From assembly GCA_965116465.1 (NCBI GenBank), contig OZ220687.1:2436596-2500595 (forward strand): a DNA stretch of 64,000 bases, written 5' to 3'. The stretch comes from Acidimicrobiales bacterium. Lineage in GTDB: Bacteria; Actinomycetota; Acidimicrobiia; Acidimicrobiales; CATQHL01. Of the stretch, positions 23,894 through 33,113 are shown in pieces (position 1 is the stretch's first letter; each line of letters opens with the position of its first letter). The position numbers were made by a program, and so were the translations under genes. Below the pieces are notes generated by a model that was not told where the DNA came from, ran no database searches, and saw only the letters and a program-made list of their open reading frames with translations.

Positions 23894-25171
23894 TCAGCAA
23901 TCTGAGGGCTGCCCGGGTTCCGGATCCTGGTACACCTCGACGGCGTCGGGGTGGAGGTTGGCGGTGACAGCGGTGCCGCGGGCGGGGAGGGCGACGTAGT
24001 CGGTCTGCTCGTCGACCGGGATGGTGGGGTGGGCGATGATCCGGTAGAGCACGTACACGGCGATGGTGGCGTGGACGGCGGCCAGCACGACGAAGAAGGT
24101 GCTGGGTCCGGTGGCGCTCATGATCGCGCCGGCAACGGCTGGGAAGATCGCCGCGCCCACGCCGGTCAGGCGGACGAGGGTCGCGGTGGCAGAGGTGATC
24201 TGCCCCGGGGAAACCCGGTCGACAGTGATGGCCACGGCCAGGGAGTGCAGCGGGAAGGTGAAGCCGCCGAACAGGAACATGAGCAGCAGCGAGGGAGCCG
24301 AGCCGGGCTCGGTCAGCAACGAACCTGCCGCGGCCAGTGCCGCCGCCACGGCGGTCACACCGATGACGCCGCGCCTGGAGACGCGGTCGGAGATCCAACC
24401 GATGGGCCACTGGAACAGCACGCATCCCAGGGGTGCTGCGGCGGTGAACACTGCGATCCGGCTGTCGGAGAGTCCCTCGGACTTGGCGTAGATGGCGGCG
24501 AGGCCCAGCAGGGTGCCGTGCCCCGCGCCGGTCCAGAAGGCGGTGACCGCGCCGGTCGGGATCACCGACACCAGCCGGCGCAACGACAGGGGCTCGGGCA
24601 CCGAGACCGGGGGAGCGGTGGTGGCTGAGAGGGTGATCGGCACGAGGGCGAGGGAAACCAGCACCGATACCAGCACGAACAATTCGAACCCAGCCGGGTC
24701 GCCGCCGGCCAGGAGGAGTTGCCCTCCCGCCAGGCCACCCATCATGACCACCATGTAGCCGGCCAGGATCCGTCCCCGGTTGGCGTTGGTGGCCATGTCG
24801 TTGAGCCAGGACTCCACCACCACGTAGAGGCCGGCGACGCACAGCCCGAACACCAGGCGCAACAGCGCCCACGTGACGGGGTTGACCCACACGGCGTGCA
24901 GGATTGCGGCGCTTGAGGCTGTCGAGGCCAGCGCCGCGAACACCCTGATGTGACCGACTGCCGCCAGGAAGCGTTCGGCGACCGCGGTGCCGAAGAGGAA
25001 GCCCACGAAATAGCCGGCCATGACGGCGCCGGCGACTGCGAAACCGAACCCCTCGATCTCGGCCCGGACTCCCAGAACTGAGGCCTGCAAGCCGTTCCCG
25101 ACCATGAGGAACGCCATGCCGACCAGCAGGGTCCGGACGGCCTTGCCGCTGCGAACCGTTGGACCGTTCAC
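23894..25171 (-). CDS. MFS transporter
   Basis: Hydrophobic multi-TM profile (LVGMAFLMVGNGLQASVLGVRA...). Start placed at GTG 25171; the track ATG 25423 adds an Arg/Pro-rich non-membrane leader. Confidence 0.7.
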   Translation of the reverse strand: MNGPTVRSGKAVRTLLVGMAFLMVGNGLQASVLGVRAEIEGFGFAVAGAVMAGYFVGFLFGTAVAERFLAAVGHIRVFAALASTASSAAILHAVWVNPVTWALLRLVFGLCVAGLYVVVESWLNDMATNANRGRILAGYMVVMMGGLAGGQLLLAGGDPAGFELFVLVSVLVSLALVPITLSATTAPPVSVPEPLSLRRLVSVIPTGAVTAFWTGAGHGTLLGLAAIYAKSEGLSDSRIAVFTAAAPLGCVLFQWPIGWISDRVSRRGVIGVTAVAAALAAAGSLLTEPGSAPSLLLMFLFGGFTFPLHSLAVAITVDRVSPGQITSATATLVRLTGVGAAIFPAVAGAIMSATGPSTFFVVLAAVHATIAVYVLYRIIAHPTIPVDEQTDYVALPARGTAVTANLHPDAVEVYQDPEPGQPSDC

Positions 25172-25388
25172 GTCTGTCCGTCCCGACTCTCCGGCCGGAG
25201 CGATTGCCTCGACCCCGGCTACAACGCTCGAATCAGAACAAACTACCGGCCCGCGATTCCGGATCGTGGTACCGTTCCACGATGCGGGCCAAGAGTCACA
25301 CCGGTCATCGGTCACAGGCGTCCGAGACCCGGCACCTCGTGCCGCTGCCGGGCGTTGATCGGGTCGGTGCCGTGGCCACCGCAGCGAC

Positions 25389-25841
25389 GTGCGCGTGCGG
25401 TCGAAGGAGGCGAACGTGAGCAAATCTCTGACCGGCCGTTGCGTCTGCGGGGGTGTGCGCTACGAGATCGCCGGACCGCTGCGGCCGGTCTGGAACTGCC
25501 ACTGCCACCGGTGCCGGCGCTGGACCGGCCACTTCATGGCCGCCACCAACTGCGAGTACGACGACTTCACGTTGATCGAGGACGGAACGCTCCACTGGCA
25601 CTATCCCGCCGACGACGCGAACGTGGCCTACGGGTCCTGCCGGGAGTGCGGCAGTTCGCTGTTCTGGCGCGTGGTGGAGCCGCCCCCGGACGGCCTGTAC
25701 GCCCAGACCCGCTGCATGTGGATCTGCGCCGGCACCCTGGACCCCCCGACCGGGTTGCGGACCGAGCGGGCCATCTTCTGCGGCGACGCCAGCGACTACC
25801 ACACCCTGGACCCGAACATCGAGAACCGGGAATGGGAGTAG
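25389..25841 (+). CDS. GFA-family (CENP-V/glutathione-dependent formaldehyde-activating-like) zinc protein
   Basis: LTGRCVCGGVRYEI and WNCHCHRCRRWTGH Cys motifs. Confidence 0.75.
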   Translation: MRVRSKEANVSKSLTGRCVCGGVRYEIAGPLRPVWNCHCHRCRRWTGHFMAATNCEYDDFTLIEDGTLHWHYPADDANVAYGSCRECGSSLFWRVVEPPPDGLYAQTRCMWICAGTLDPPTGLRTERAIFCGDASDYHTLDPNIENREWE

Positions 25842-25906
25842 CCGGCCTGCCGGCGCGACCGCCGGGGCGCGACGGACCGCGCGGCGCGCTGCCGTAGCCT
25901 GCAGCG

Positions 25907-26650
25907 ATGGTGGTCCAGTCGATAGAACGTGCCTTTGTGCTGCTGCGCTTCCTGGCCCTCGGGCCTCTGGGAGTGACCGATCTGGCGGACCGGGCCCAGT
26001 TGCCCAAGAGCACCGTCGCCCGCCTGCTCTCGGCTCTGGAGACCGAGCGCGCCGTGGAGCAGGAGGCCGCGAGCGGTCTGTACCGGCTCGGTCCGGGGCT
26101 GATCGACATCGCGGGGACCGTCGCTCCGGGCCGCAACCTCATCTCGACAGCACGGCCCTATCTCCTGGAGCTTTGCGATGCACTCGACGAGATCGCCGGG
26201 CTGTCGATCCCCGACCGGGGCGAGGTGTTCTACCTCGACCAGACCGAGTCGCAGTCGGAGGTGCAGGTCCGGGACTGGACAGGCGAGCGGATCCCGCTGC
26301 ACGTGGTGTCGTCGGGGCTGGCGATCCTGGCCCACATGCCGTCGGCGGAGCGCGAGGAGTACCTGGCGGGTCCGCTGGAGCCCTACACCAACCGCACGAT
26401 GGTCGACCCCGATGCCCTCAGGACCCGGCTCGAGCAGATCCGCAGTATCGGCTACGTCTGGGTCTACGGGGAGTTCGTGGAGGACCTCCACTCGGTCGCC
26501 GCCGCGGTCCCGGCGTCCGACGGGCAGCCGCTGGCGGCGCTGCACGTCCACGGGCCCGCGTACCGCTTCCCCGACCCCGACCGGGCACACGACTTCGGCA
26601 TGGCCGTGGCGCGCGCCGCGGAGGGCCTCGCGGAGCAGTTGAACGCCTGA
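25907..26650 (+). CDS. IclR-family transcriptional regulator
   Basis: QSIERAFVLLRFLA, LGVTDLADRAQLPKSTVARLLSALE (wHTH) plus a C-terminal effector domain. Confidence 0.85.
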   Translation: MVVQSIERAFVLLRFLALGPLGVTDLADRAQLPKSTVARLLSALETERAVEQEAASGLYRLGPGLIDIAGTVAPGRNLISTARPYLLELCDALDEIAGLSIPDRGEVFYLDQTESQSEVQVRDWTGERIPLHVVSSGLAILAHMPSAEREEYLAGPLEPYTNRTMVDPDALRTRLEQIRSIGYVWVYGEFVEDLHSVAAAVPASDGQPLAALHVHGPAYRFPDPDRAHDFGMAVARAAEGLAEQLNA

Positions 26651-26675
26651 CCGGCCGCCCGATCCTGGAGAGCGG

Positions 26676-27638
26676 CTAGCGGCGGGAGCGAATCTCCTCG
26701 CTGATTGCGGGAATGACCTCGTGCAGGTCGCCGATCACGGCCCAGTCGGCCTTCTGCACGATGTTGGCCTCGGCGTCGAGGTTGATGGCCAGGATGTGCT
26801 TGGAGCCCATGGCGCCCACCCAGTGCTGGATGGCGCCGGAGATGCCCGAGGCGATGTAGACCTCCGGGGCGATGCGCGTGCCGGTCTGGCCAACCTGGTC
26901 GGCGTGGGGCCGCCAGCCGTTGTTGGTGACCGCACGACTGCAGCCCACCTTGCCGCCGAGCAGATCGGCGAGTTCCTCCAGCGGCGCGAACGCCTCCGCC
27001 GAACCCACGCCGCGGCCTCCGCCCACCACCACCGGGGCGGTCGAGAGGGTCACCCCGGCGCTGAGCACCACCCGGTCGCGCACCACCGTGCGCGACAGCG
27101 CCGCGTCCAGCTCCACCTCGAAGGACTCGACGGTCGGCTCGGTCGGCGTCGCCGCAGGCTCGGCCGCAACGGCGTGCAGTCCGCAGCTCAGCAGCGGCAC
27201 CTCGGCTGACAGGGCGACGTCCTCCAGCAGCGATCCACCCCACTGGATGCGGGTGATCGACCAGTCGGCGGGATCGACGTCCAGGCAGTTGGCGACGAAC
27301 GGAGCGTCGAGCCGGGCCGCGGCCTGCGCCATCACCTCGTTGCCGCGGTCGCTGCCGCCGGCCAGTACCGCGGCGGGCCCCAGCCGGCGGACCATGGCGG
27401 CGATCACCTCGCCCCAGGCCTCGGGCCCGAAGTCCGACAGCACCGGATGGACCACCGTGTGGACCACGCCGGCGCCGTGGGCGCCGGCCTCGGCGGAGAG
27501 CGCGGCCTCGTCGCTGCCGATGAGGGCGGCATGCAGCGGGACGTCCATCCGTGACGCCAGCGTGCGCCCGAAGGTGAGCGCCTCGCGGGCGGCCTCGGCC
27601 ATGGCGCCCTGATCGTGCTCCAGAATGACCAGCAGCAT
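26676..27638 (-). CDS. etfA: Electron transfer flavoprotein alpha subunit
   Basis: Start MLLVILEHD at 27638 overlaps the etfB stop (ATGA). C-terminal YIASGISGAIQHWVGAMGSKHILAINLDAEA FAD-binding signature. Confidence 0.9.
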   Translation of the reverse strand: MLLVILEHDQGAMAEAAREALTFGRTLASRMDVPLHAALIGSDEAALSAEAGAHGAGVVHTVVHPVLSDFGPEAWGEVIAAMVRRLGPAAVLAGGSDRGNEVMAQAAARLDAPFVANCLDVDPADWSITRIQWGGSLLEDVALSAEVPLLSCGLHAVAAEPAATPTEPTVESFEVELDAALSRTVVRDRVVLSAGVTLSTAPVVVGGGRGVGSAEAFAPLEELADLLGGKVGCSRAVTNNGWRPHADQVGQTGTRIAPEVYIASGISGAIQHWVGAMGSKHILAINLDAEANIVQKADWAVIGDLHEVIPAISEEIRSRR

Positions 27639-28402
27639 CAGAGCACCCCCAGGCCCGCGAGCACGTCGACGACGGCAGGTGCGGCCTCCGGGCCCTCGCC
27701 GAGGATTGCGGTCTCGGAGACCACGTCGGCGGGACGGTGCAACCGGCGCATGCTCTGCCCCCCTTGCGGAGCCTCGATGGGCAGCTCGGCGACCTCCAGC
27801 CGCTTCGATGCCAGGCGCCCGCGCATCGTGGGGTAGCGGGGCAGGTTGATGCCTTCCTTCACGCCCACGGCGGCGGGCATGGACATCTCGTACACCTCGA
27901 AGCCGGCGTCGGTCTGTCGCCGGGCCCGGACCGTCGTGCCGTCGATCTCGATGCCCTTGATGCCGCCCACGATGGGCCGCCCCAACGCAAAGGCCACCCG
28001 GACGCCCACCTGGAAGCCCCCGGAGTCGGCCGACTCGTTGCCGAAGATCAGCAGATCGAAGGGCCCTCCCGCCTCTTCGAGGGTCCGGATCGCCGCCGTG
28101 AGCGCCAGCGCGGTTCGCTGAGGATCCCACGAGGAGTCGTCGGTGGGCACCAGCACCCCGTGGTGGGCGCCCACCGAGGCGGCGTAGCGCAACTGCTCGG
28201 CAGCCTCGGGGGGTCCCAGGGTCAGAACCGTCACCTCGCCGCCGTGGGCCTCGCTGAGTTGCACCGCCTCCTCCACGCCGCACTCCTCGTGCGGGCTGGT
28301 GGTGAAGCCCAGGTGGGCGGTGTCCACCGCCTGGCCGTCGGGGGTCACGTTGATCCGGGCACCTGGGGCCGGTACCCGCTTCACGCAGCAACAGATGCGC
28401 AT
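27638..28402 (-). CDS. etfB: Electron transfer flavoprotein beta subunit
   Basis: MRICCCVKRVPAPGARINV and VTVLTLGPPEAAEQLRYA. Coupled to etfA. Confidence 0.9.
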   Translation of the reverse strand: MRICCCVKRVPAPGARINVTPDGQAVDTAHLGFTTSPHEECGVEEAVQLSEAHGGEVTVLTLGPPEAAEQLRYAASVGAHHGVLVPTDDSSWDPQRTALALTAAIRTLEEAGGPFDLLIFGNESADSGGFQVGVRVAFALGRPIVGGIKGIEIDGTTVRARRQTDAGFEVYEMSMPAAVGVKEGINLPRYPTMRGRLASKRLEVAELPIEAPQGGQSMRRLHRPADVVSETAILGEGPEAAPAVVDVLAGLGVL

Positions 28403-28445
28403 CGCAGCTCCCTCGTCGTCCCGATCTGCCGGAGCTCCCGGTGAC

Positions 28446-30971
28446 TCAGCCCCGCAACCGGGTGTCGTCGGGATCGAAGACCGGCCCGGTGCCGGCCACG
28501 CGGACCGGGAACAACTCGTTCATGTACATCACCTGCAGTTCGGTGCCCGTCCCGGCGAGCTCGCGCGGCAGGTAGCCCATCAGCAGGTACCTGTCCACCG
28601 AGGGTCCGGGACCGGCGCTGGTGACCCGTGAGACCCGTCCGTGGCTATCGGTGATCCGCTTGCCGTCGGCGGTCAGGATCGGCTCGTTGCCGCCCTGCAT
28701 GTAGCGCTTGCGGCCGTGCCTGTCGGTGTGGTCCTCCACGGTCAGCACGCACATCTGCACGTCGGCCGGCCCGGCCTCACGGGCCGCCACGTAGGCCTCC
28801 TTGCCGATGAAGTCGGCGGCCTTCACCCGGGGGCGGGCCAGGCCGGCCTCCAGCGGGTTGTACTCGCTCTCCAACTCGGCGCCCATGAGGCGGTAGCCCT
28901 TCTCGAGGCGGCCCGAGGTGCCGTACACGCCGCCGCCGGTGGCCCGCAGCCCCAGATCGGCGCCGGCGGCCATGAGGGCGTCCCAGAGGTCGGGCCCGTT
29001 CTCCCACGCCGTGTAGATCTCCCAGCCGGTGTCGCCCACGTAGGAGATGCGGAACAGTTCGGCACCGATCGTGCGGTCGCCGCAGCGCAACTCCACGGGG
29101 GTCACCGAGCCGTAGGGAGCGTCGCCCCAGCGGTGGTCGCACAGGGCGCTCAGCACCTCCGGGGCATTCGGTCCCCACAGGCCGAGCGTCGTGATGTCAT
29201 CGGTGATGTTTGCGAACGTGACCGAGCCGTCGGTGGGCATGTGCCGGCGCGCCCAGAACTCGTCGCGCCCGCCGTCGAAGACTCCGGTCACGACGCGCAC
29301 CTTCTCGGGGCCGGTGCGCATCATCGTGAGGTCGGAGTGGAAGCCGCCGTCGGGGGTCAGCCAGGGGGTGTAGACGGCGCGCCCCTCCGGCACGTCGACG
29401 CGGTTCACGGCCAGCTTGTCGGCGTATTCCACGGCGCCCGGCCCCGAGAGTTCGAAGATCTGGAAGGCGCTGAGGTCCACCAGCCCGCAGTTCTCCCGCA
29501 GGTTGAGGTGCTCGCCCATGGTGATGGGGCTCCACCAGCGGTTGTCCCACTCCACCTGGCGGTCCTCGAGGCCGTAGCGCTCCACCAGGTCGGCGTTGGA
29601 GGTGAACCATTGCGGGCGTTCCCAGGTGCGGGCCTGGAAGAACTCGGCACCGAGGGCCTGCTGGCGCGAGAAGTAGGGGCTGACGCGCAGGTTGCGGCGG
29701 CTCTCCCACTGCTCGGACGGATGCACGATGCCGTAGGTCTTGTTGAAGTGCTCCGAGGAGCGGGCCCAGATGTGGTCGTCGCTGCGCTCCTCGGGGTAGA
29801 AGCGGGCCACATCCGCGCCGTGGGTGTCGATGACCCGCGGGTAGCCGAAGGTCATCCACTCGGCGACGACTTGGGCCATGCCGGGGCCTTCCTTCACCCA
29901 GATGGCCGCCGCCGACCAGAGGTTGCGCACGTCGGGGATCTCGCCCAGGCAGGGCATGGCGTCGGGCGTGAGCGACAGCAGGCCGTTGATGGCGTAGCGG
30001 ATCTCGGCGTCGCCGAGCATGTCCATCAGCTCGATGGCCTCCTCCATCTGCTGGTCGAAGTCGTCGGGCGTGAACGGCATCTCCGTGGGTGACAGGGCCG
30101 CCTCGTCGTTGGAGGGGATGTCGTCGGGATGGTGCAGGATCGGCCGGTGGGCGTAGGAGCCGACCTCCATGGAGCCGGCGGACTGGCGCTCGTAGCAGAA
30201 CGTGTCCATGTCGCGCACGATGGGATAGCCGATCTCGTTGTTGGTCTCGGCGAGCACGTCGATCGGGCCCACGTCGGCCATCTGATGCACCGCCGGCACG
30301 AGCGGGATGTAGGCGCCCGCCATGTTGGCGACCCTGTTGGACCACACGCCGCAGGCGATCACCACGTAGTCGGTCTCGATCGTCCCCTTGTCGGTGACCA
30401 CCGCCGAGACCGTGCGCATGCCGGGCAGCGGACCGTCGCTGGTGGTGATGTCGAGCACCTCGGTGTTGGCGAAGACCTGGCAGCCGGCGTCGATGGCCAT
30501 TTGACGCATCCGCGTGCCGGTCTCGAGGGAGTCCACGACCGAGACCGTGGGGCAGTAGAAGCCGCCCAGGATCACGTCGGTGTTGATGAACGGCACCAGT
30601 TCACTCACCTCGGCGGGGGTGAGCAGATGAGCCTCGATACCCCAGGCGGTCGCCGAGGTCATGCGCCGCTGGAACTCGTCCATGCGTTCGGCGGACCGGG
30701 CCACCTCGATGCCCCCGGAGTCCACCGAGAGTCCCAGGTCCCGGTACTGGTTGGCGCTCTGCTCGCCCAGCAGGCACATCTCCTTGTTGTGGTCCACCGG
30801 GAAGATGAAGTTGGAGGCGTGACCCGTGGAGCCGCCGGGGTTCGGCAGGGGACCCTTGTCCAGGAGCACGAGATCGGTCCAGCCGAGCTTCGCCAGGTGC
30901 CCCACCAGGCAGTTGCCGACAATCCCTGCCCCGATGACCACGCAGCGGGCCTTGGTGGGTATTTCGCTCAC
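28446..30971 (-). CDS. FAD-dependent oxidoreductase/GcvT-domain fusion (dimethylglycine/sarcosine dehydrogenase family), third paralogue
   Basis: 841 aa with ARCVVIGAGIVGNCLVGHLAKLGW and FRISYVGDTGWEIY. Immediately upstream of etfBA on the same strand. Confidence 0.85.
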   Translation of the reverse strand: MSEIPTKARCVVIGAGIVGNCLVGHLAKLGWTDLVLLDKGPLPNPGGSTGHASNFIFPVDHNKEMCLLGEQSANQYRDLGLSVDSGGIEVARSAERMDEFQRRMTSATAWGIEAHLLTPAEVSELVPFINTDVILGGFYCPTVSVVDSLETGTRMRQMAIDAGCQVFANTEVLDITTSDGPLPGMRTVSAVVTDKGTIETDYVVIACGVWSNRVANMAGAYIPLVPAVHQMADVGPIDVLAETNNEIGYPIVRDMDTFCYERQSAGSMEVGSYAHRPILHHPDDIPSNDEAALSPTEMPFTPDDFDQQMEEAIELMDMLGDAEIRYAINGLLSLTPDAMPCLGEIPDVRNLWSAAAIWVKEGPGMAQVVAEWMTFGYPRVIDTHGADVARFYPEERSDDHIWARSSEHFNKTYGIVHPSEQWESRRNLRVSPYFSRQQALGAEFFQARTWERPQWFTSNADLVERYGLEDRQVEWDNRWWSPITMGEHLNLRENCGLVDLSAFQIFELSGPGAVEYADKLAVNRVDVPEGRAVYTPWLTPDGGFHSDLTMMRTGPEKVRVVTGVFDGGRDEFWARRHMPTDGSVTFANITDDITTLGLWGPNAPEVLSALCDHRWGDAPYGSVTPVELRCGDRTIGAELFRISYVGDTGWEIYTAWENGPDLWDALMAAGADLGLRATGGGVYGTSGRLEKGYRLMGAELESEYNPLEAGLARPRVKAADFIGKEAYVAAREAGPADVQMCVLTVEDHTDRHGRKRYMQGGNEPILTADGKRITDSHGRVSRVTSAGPGPSVDRYLLMGYLPRELAGTGTELQVMYMNELFPVRVAGTGPVFDPDDTRLRG

Positions 30972-31230
30972 GTCATGCCTCCGCGATCGGTGGGCACCGA
31001 AGCGAGTGCCCCTTTCGTGTGCCTTCGGTGCGGCCGCCGCTCCGATCCACCCGTGGGTCGCAGGGCCAAAATCCCTGCTGCCGCGACCAGCGGCGCCGCT
31101 GCGTTCTGTAATATGGAATCGTTCCAGAATACGGAACGCCGGTCAAGACACCCTAGCGTGCCGACGCCCTGACCGGCGGTCGGGGGACATACGATCCAAC
31201 CAACGACAGCCGGTTACCGGAGGGGCAGCC

Positions 31231-32928
31231 ATGGCATTTCCGTCAGATCTTGAGATCGCGTCGCAGGCCCGGTTGCGGCCCCTGGAGGAGATCGCGGCCG
31301 GGTCGGGGATCCCACAGGAGTGCCTGGAGTTCTACGGGAAGGGTGCCGCCAAGGTGGATCTGGCAGCGGTCGAGGCCATGGCGGACCGGCCTCGAGCCCG
31401 CTACGTGGTGGTCTCGGCGATCACGCCCACGCCGCTCGGGGAGGGCAAGACCACCACCACCGTGGGCCTCGGCCAGGCCTTCCAGCACATCGGCCGCACC
31501 GCCACGATCGCCATCCGCCAGCCTTCGATGGGGCCCACCTTCGGCATCAAGGGGGGCGCCGCGGGCGGCGGCTACAGCCAGGTGGTGCCGATGGAGTTGT
31601 TCAACCTCCACCTCACCGGCGACATGCACGCCGTGACGGCAGCCCACAACCTGTGCTCGGCCATGGTGGACGCGCACCTCTACCACGGCAACGAATCGGG
31701 CCTGGACATCCACAACATCACCTGGCGCCGGGTGCTGGACGTCAACGACCGGGCGCTGCGCAACGTCACCATCGGCCTCGGCGGGCGGCTCGACGGCGTC
31801 CCCCGCGAGAGCGGTTTCGACATCACCGCCGCCTCGGAGGTCATGGCCACCCTGGCGCTGTGCAGCGGGCTGGCGGACCTGCGGGCAAGGCTCGGGCGGA
31901 TCGTCGTGGGCTATACGCGCGGCGGCACCCCGGTCACCGCCGAGGAGATCGGCGTGGCCGGGTCCATGGCGGTCATCCTGCGCGAGGCCATCAAGCCCAA
32001 CCTGATGCAGACCCTGGAGAACACCCCCGCCCTGGTGCACACCGGACCCTTCGGCAACATCGCCACCGGCAACTCCTCGATCGTGGCCGACCAGGTGGGC
32101 ATCCACATGAGCGATTTCCTGCTGACCGAGGCCGGGTTCGGCGCCGACATGGGCGCCGAGCGGTTCTTCAACATCAAGTGCCGCTACTCGGGGCTGGCGC
32201 CCGACGCGGCCGTGCTGGTGGCCACCGTGCGCGGGTTGAAGGCGCACTCGGGCCGCCATCGCATCGTGGCGGGGCGGCCGCTGCCGGAGGCGCTGCTGGC
32301 GGAGAACCCCGACGAGGTGCATCTCGGCGGTGACAACCTGCGCAAGCAGATCCAGAACATCCAGTTGCACGGCTGTACACCGGTTGTGGCCATAAACGCC
32401 TTCCCCGACGACCACGCCGCCGACCTGGCCGCCATCGCCGAGATCGCCGCGGAGTACGGCGTCCGTGCCACGGTCACCACGCACTTCGCCGACGGGGGCC
32501 GCGGGGCCGCCGAACTGGCCGAAGCCACCGCCGAGGCGGCCGAGGAGGAGAGCCACTTCGCGGTGCTGTACCCCGACGAGGCGTCTCTGACCGACAAGAT
32601 CCATGCGGTCGCCACCAAGGTCTACGGGGCGGACGGCGTGGAGTACTCGGCACAGGCCGCCAAGCAACTCGCCACCTACACGGAGGCGGGCTTCGGGCAC
32701 CTGCCGGTCTGCATCGCCAAGACCCACCTGTCGATCTCCTCCGACGCCTCCCTGAAGGGGGCGCCGACGGGTTGGACGCTGCCGGTGCGGGAGGCGCGGG
32801 CTTCGGTGGGCGCCGGGTTCGTGTACCCCATCTGCGGTGAGATGCGCACGATGCCGGGCCTGGGACGGGCGCCGGCGGCGATGGGCATCGACATCGACGC
32901 CCAGGGAAACATCGTCGGACTGAGCTGA
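31231..32928 (+). CDS. fhs: Formate--tetrahydrofolate ligase
   Basis: ATG 31231 (MAFPSDLEIASQARLRPLEEIA), ITPTPLGEGKTTTTVGL P-loop and FNLHLTGDMHAV. Track start 30826 rejected (overlaps the divergent gene). Confidence 0.92.
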   Translation: MAFPSDLEIASQARLRPLEEIAAGSGIPQECLEFYGKGAAKVDLAAVEAMADRPRARYVVVSAITPTPLGEGKTTTTVGLGQAFQHIGRTATIAIRQPSMGPTFGIKGGAAGGGYSQVVPMELFNLHLTGDMHAVTAAHNLCSAMVDAHLYHGNESGLDIHNITWRRVLDVNDRALRNVTIGLGGRLDGVPRESGFDITAASEVMATLALCSGLADLRARLGRIVVGYTRGGTPVTAEEIGVAGSMAVILREAIKPNLMQTLENTPALVHTGPFGNIATGNSSIVADQVGIHMSDFLLTEAGFGADMGAERFFNIKCRYSGLAPDAAVLVATVRGLKAHSGRHRIVAGRPLPEALLAENPDEVHLGGDNLRKQIQNIQLHGCTPVVAINAFPDDHAADLAAIAEIAAEYGVRATVTTHFADGGRGAAELAEATAEAAEEESHFAVLYPDEASLTDKIHAVATKVYGADGVEYSAQAAKQLATYTEAGFGHLPVCIAKTHLSISSDASLKGAPTGWTLPVREARASVGAGFVYPICGEMRTMPGLGRAPAAMGIDIDAQGNIVGLS

Positions 32929-33113
32929 TGGTTGTGCGCTTGGTCTCGAAATCGACGCCCAGGGTCCGAACCCCGTGGGACTGAGCTGATGGTTATGCGC
33001 TTGGTCTCGAAATCGACGCCCAGGGTCCGAACCCCGTGGGACTGAGCTGATGGTTATGCGCTTGGTCTTGAAATCGACGCCCAAGGTCCGAACCCCGTGG
33101 GCTTGAGTTGATG
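32894..33113. repeat. 61-nt tandem repeat, about 3.6 copies, starting inside the fhs 3' end and ending at the metF-like start
   Basis: Phase markers GAGCTGATGG at 32922, 32983 and 33044, and GAGTTGATGG at 33105. Units are near-identical (ATCGACGCCCAGGGTCCGAACCCCGTGGGACTGAGCTGATGGTTATGCGCTTGGTCTCGAA). Confidence 0.95.

Noticed and set aside
23445-24890. 481-aa minus-strand ORF and the other frames across the MFS gene. Also comparable large shadow ORFs at 28641-30092, 31243-33084, 37036-38178, 39024-40745, 40376-42181, 41757-43313, 44138-45454 and 54626-56776
   Set aside because: All overlap genes with strong family motifs on the same or the opposite strand. All have the R/P/G/A-rich composition of non-coding frames in GC-rich DNA.
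32894-33113. CRISPR array (also considered for the 24-nt repeats at 7669-7742)
   Set aside because: The repeats are directly abutting with no unique spacers. Units derive from the fhs 3' end or from REP arms. No cas genes are in the window.
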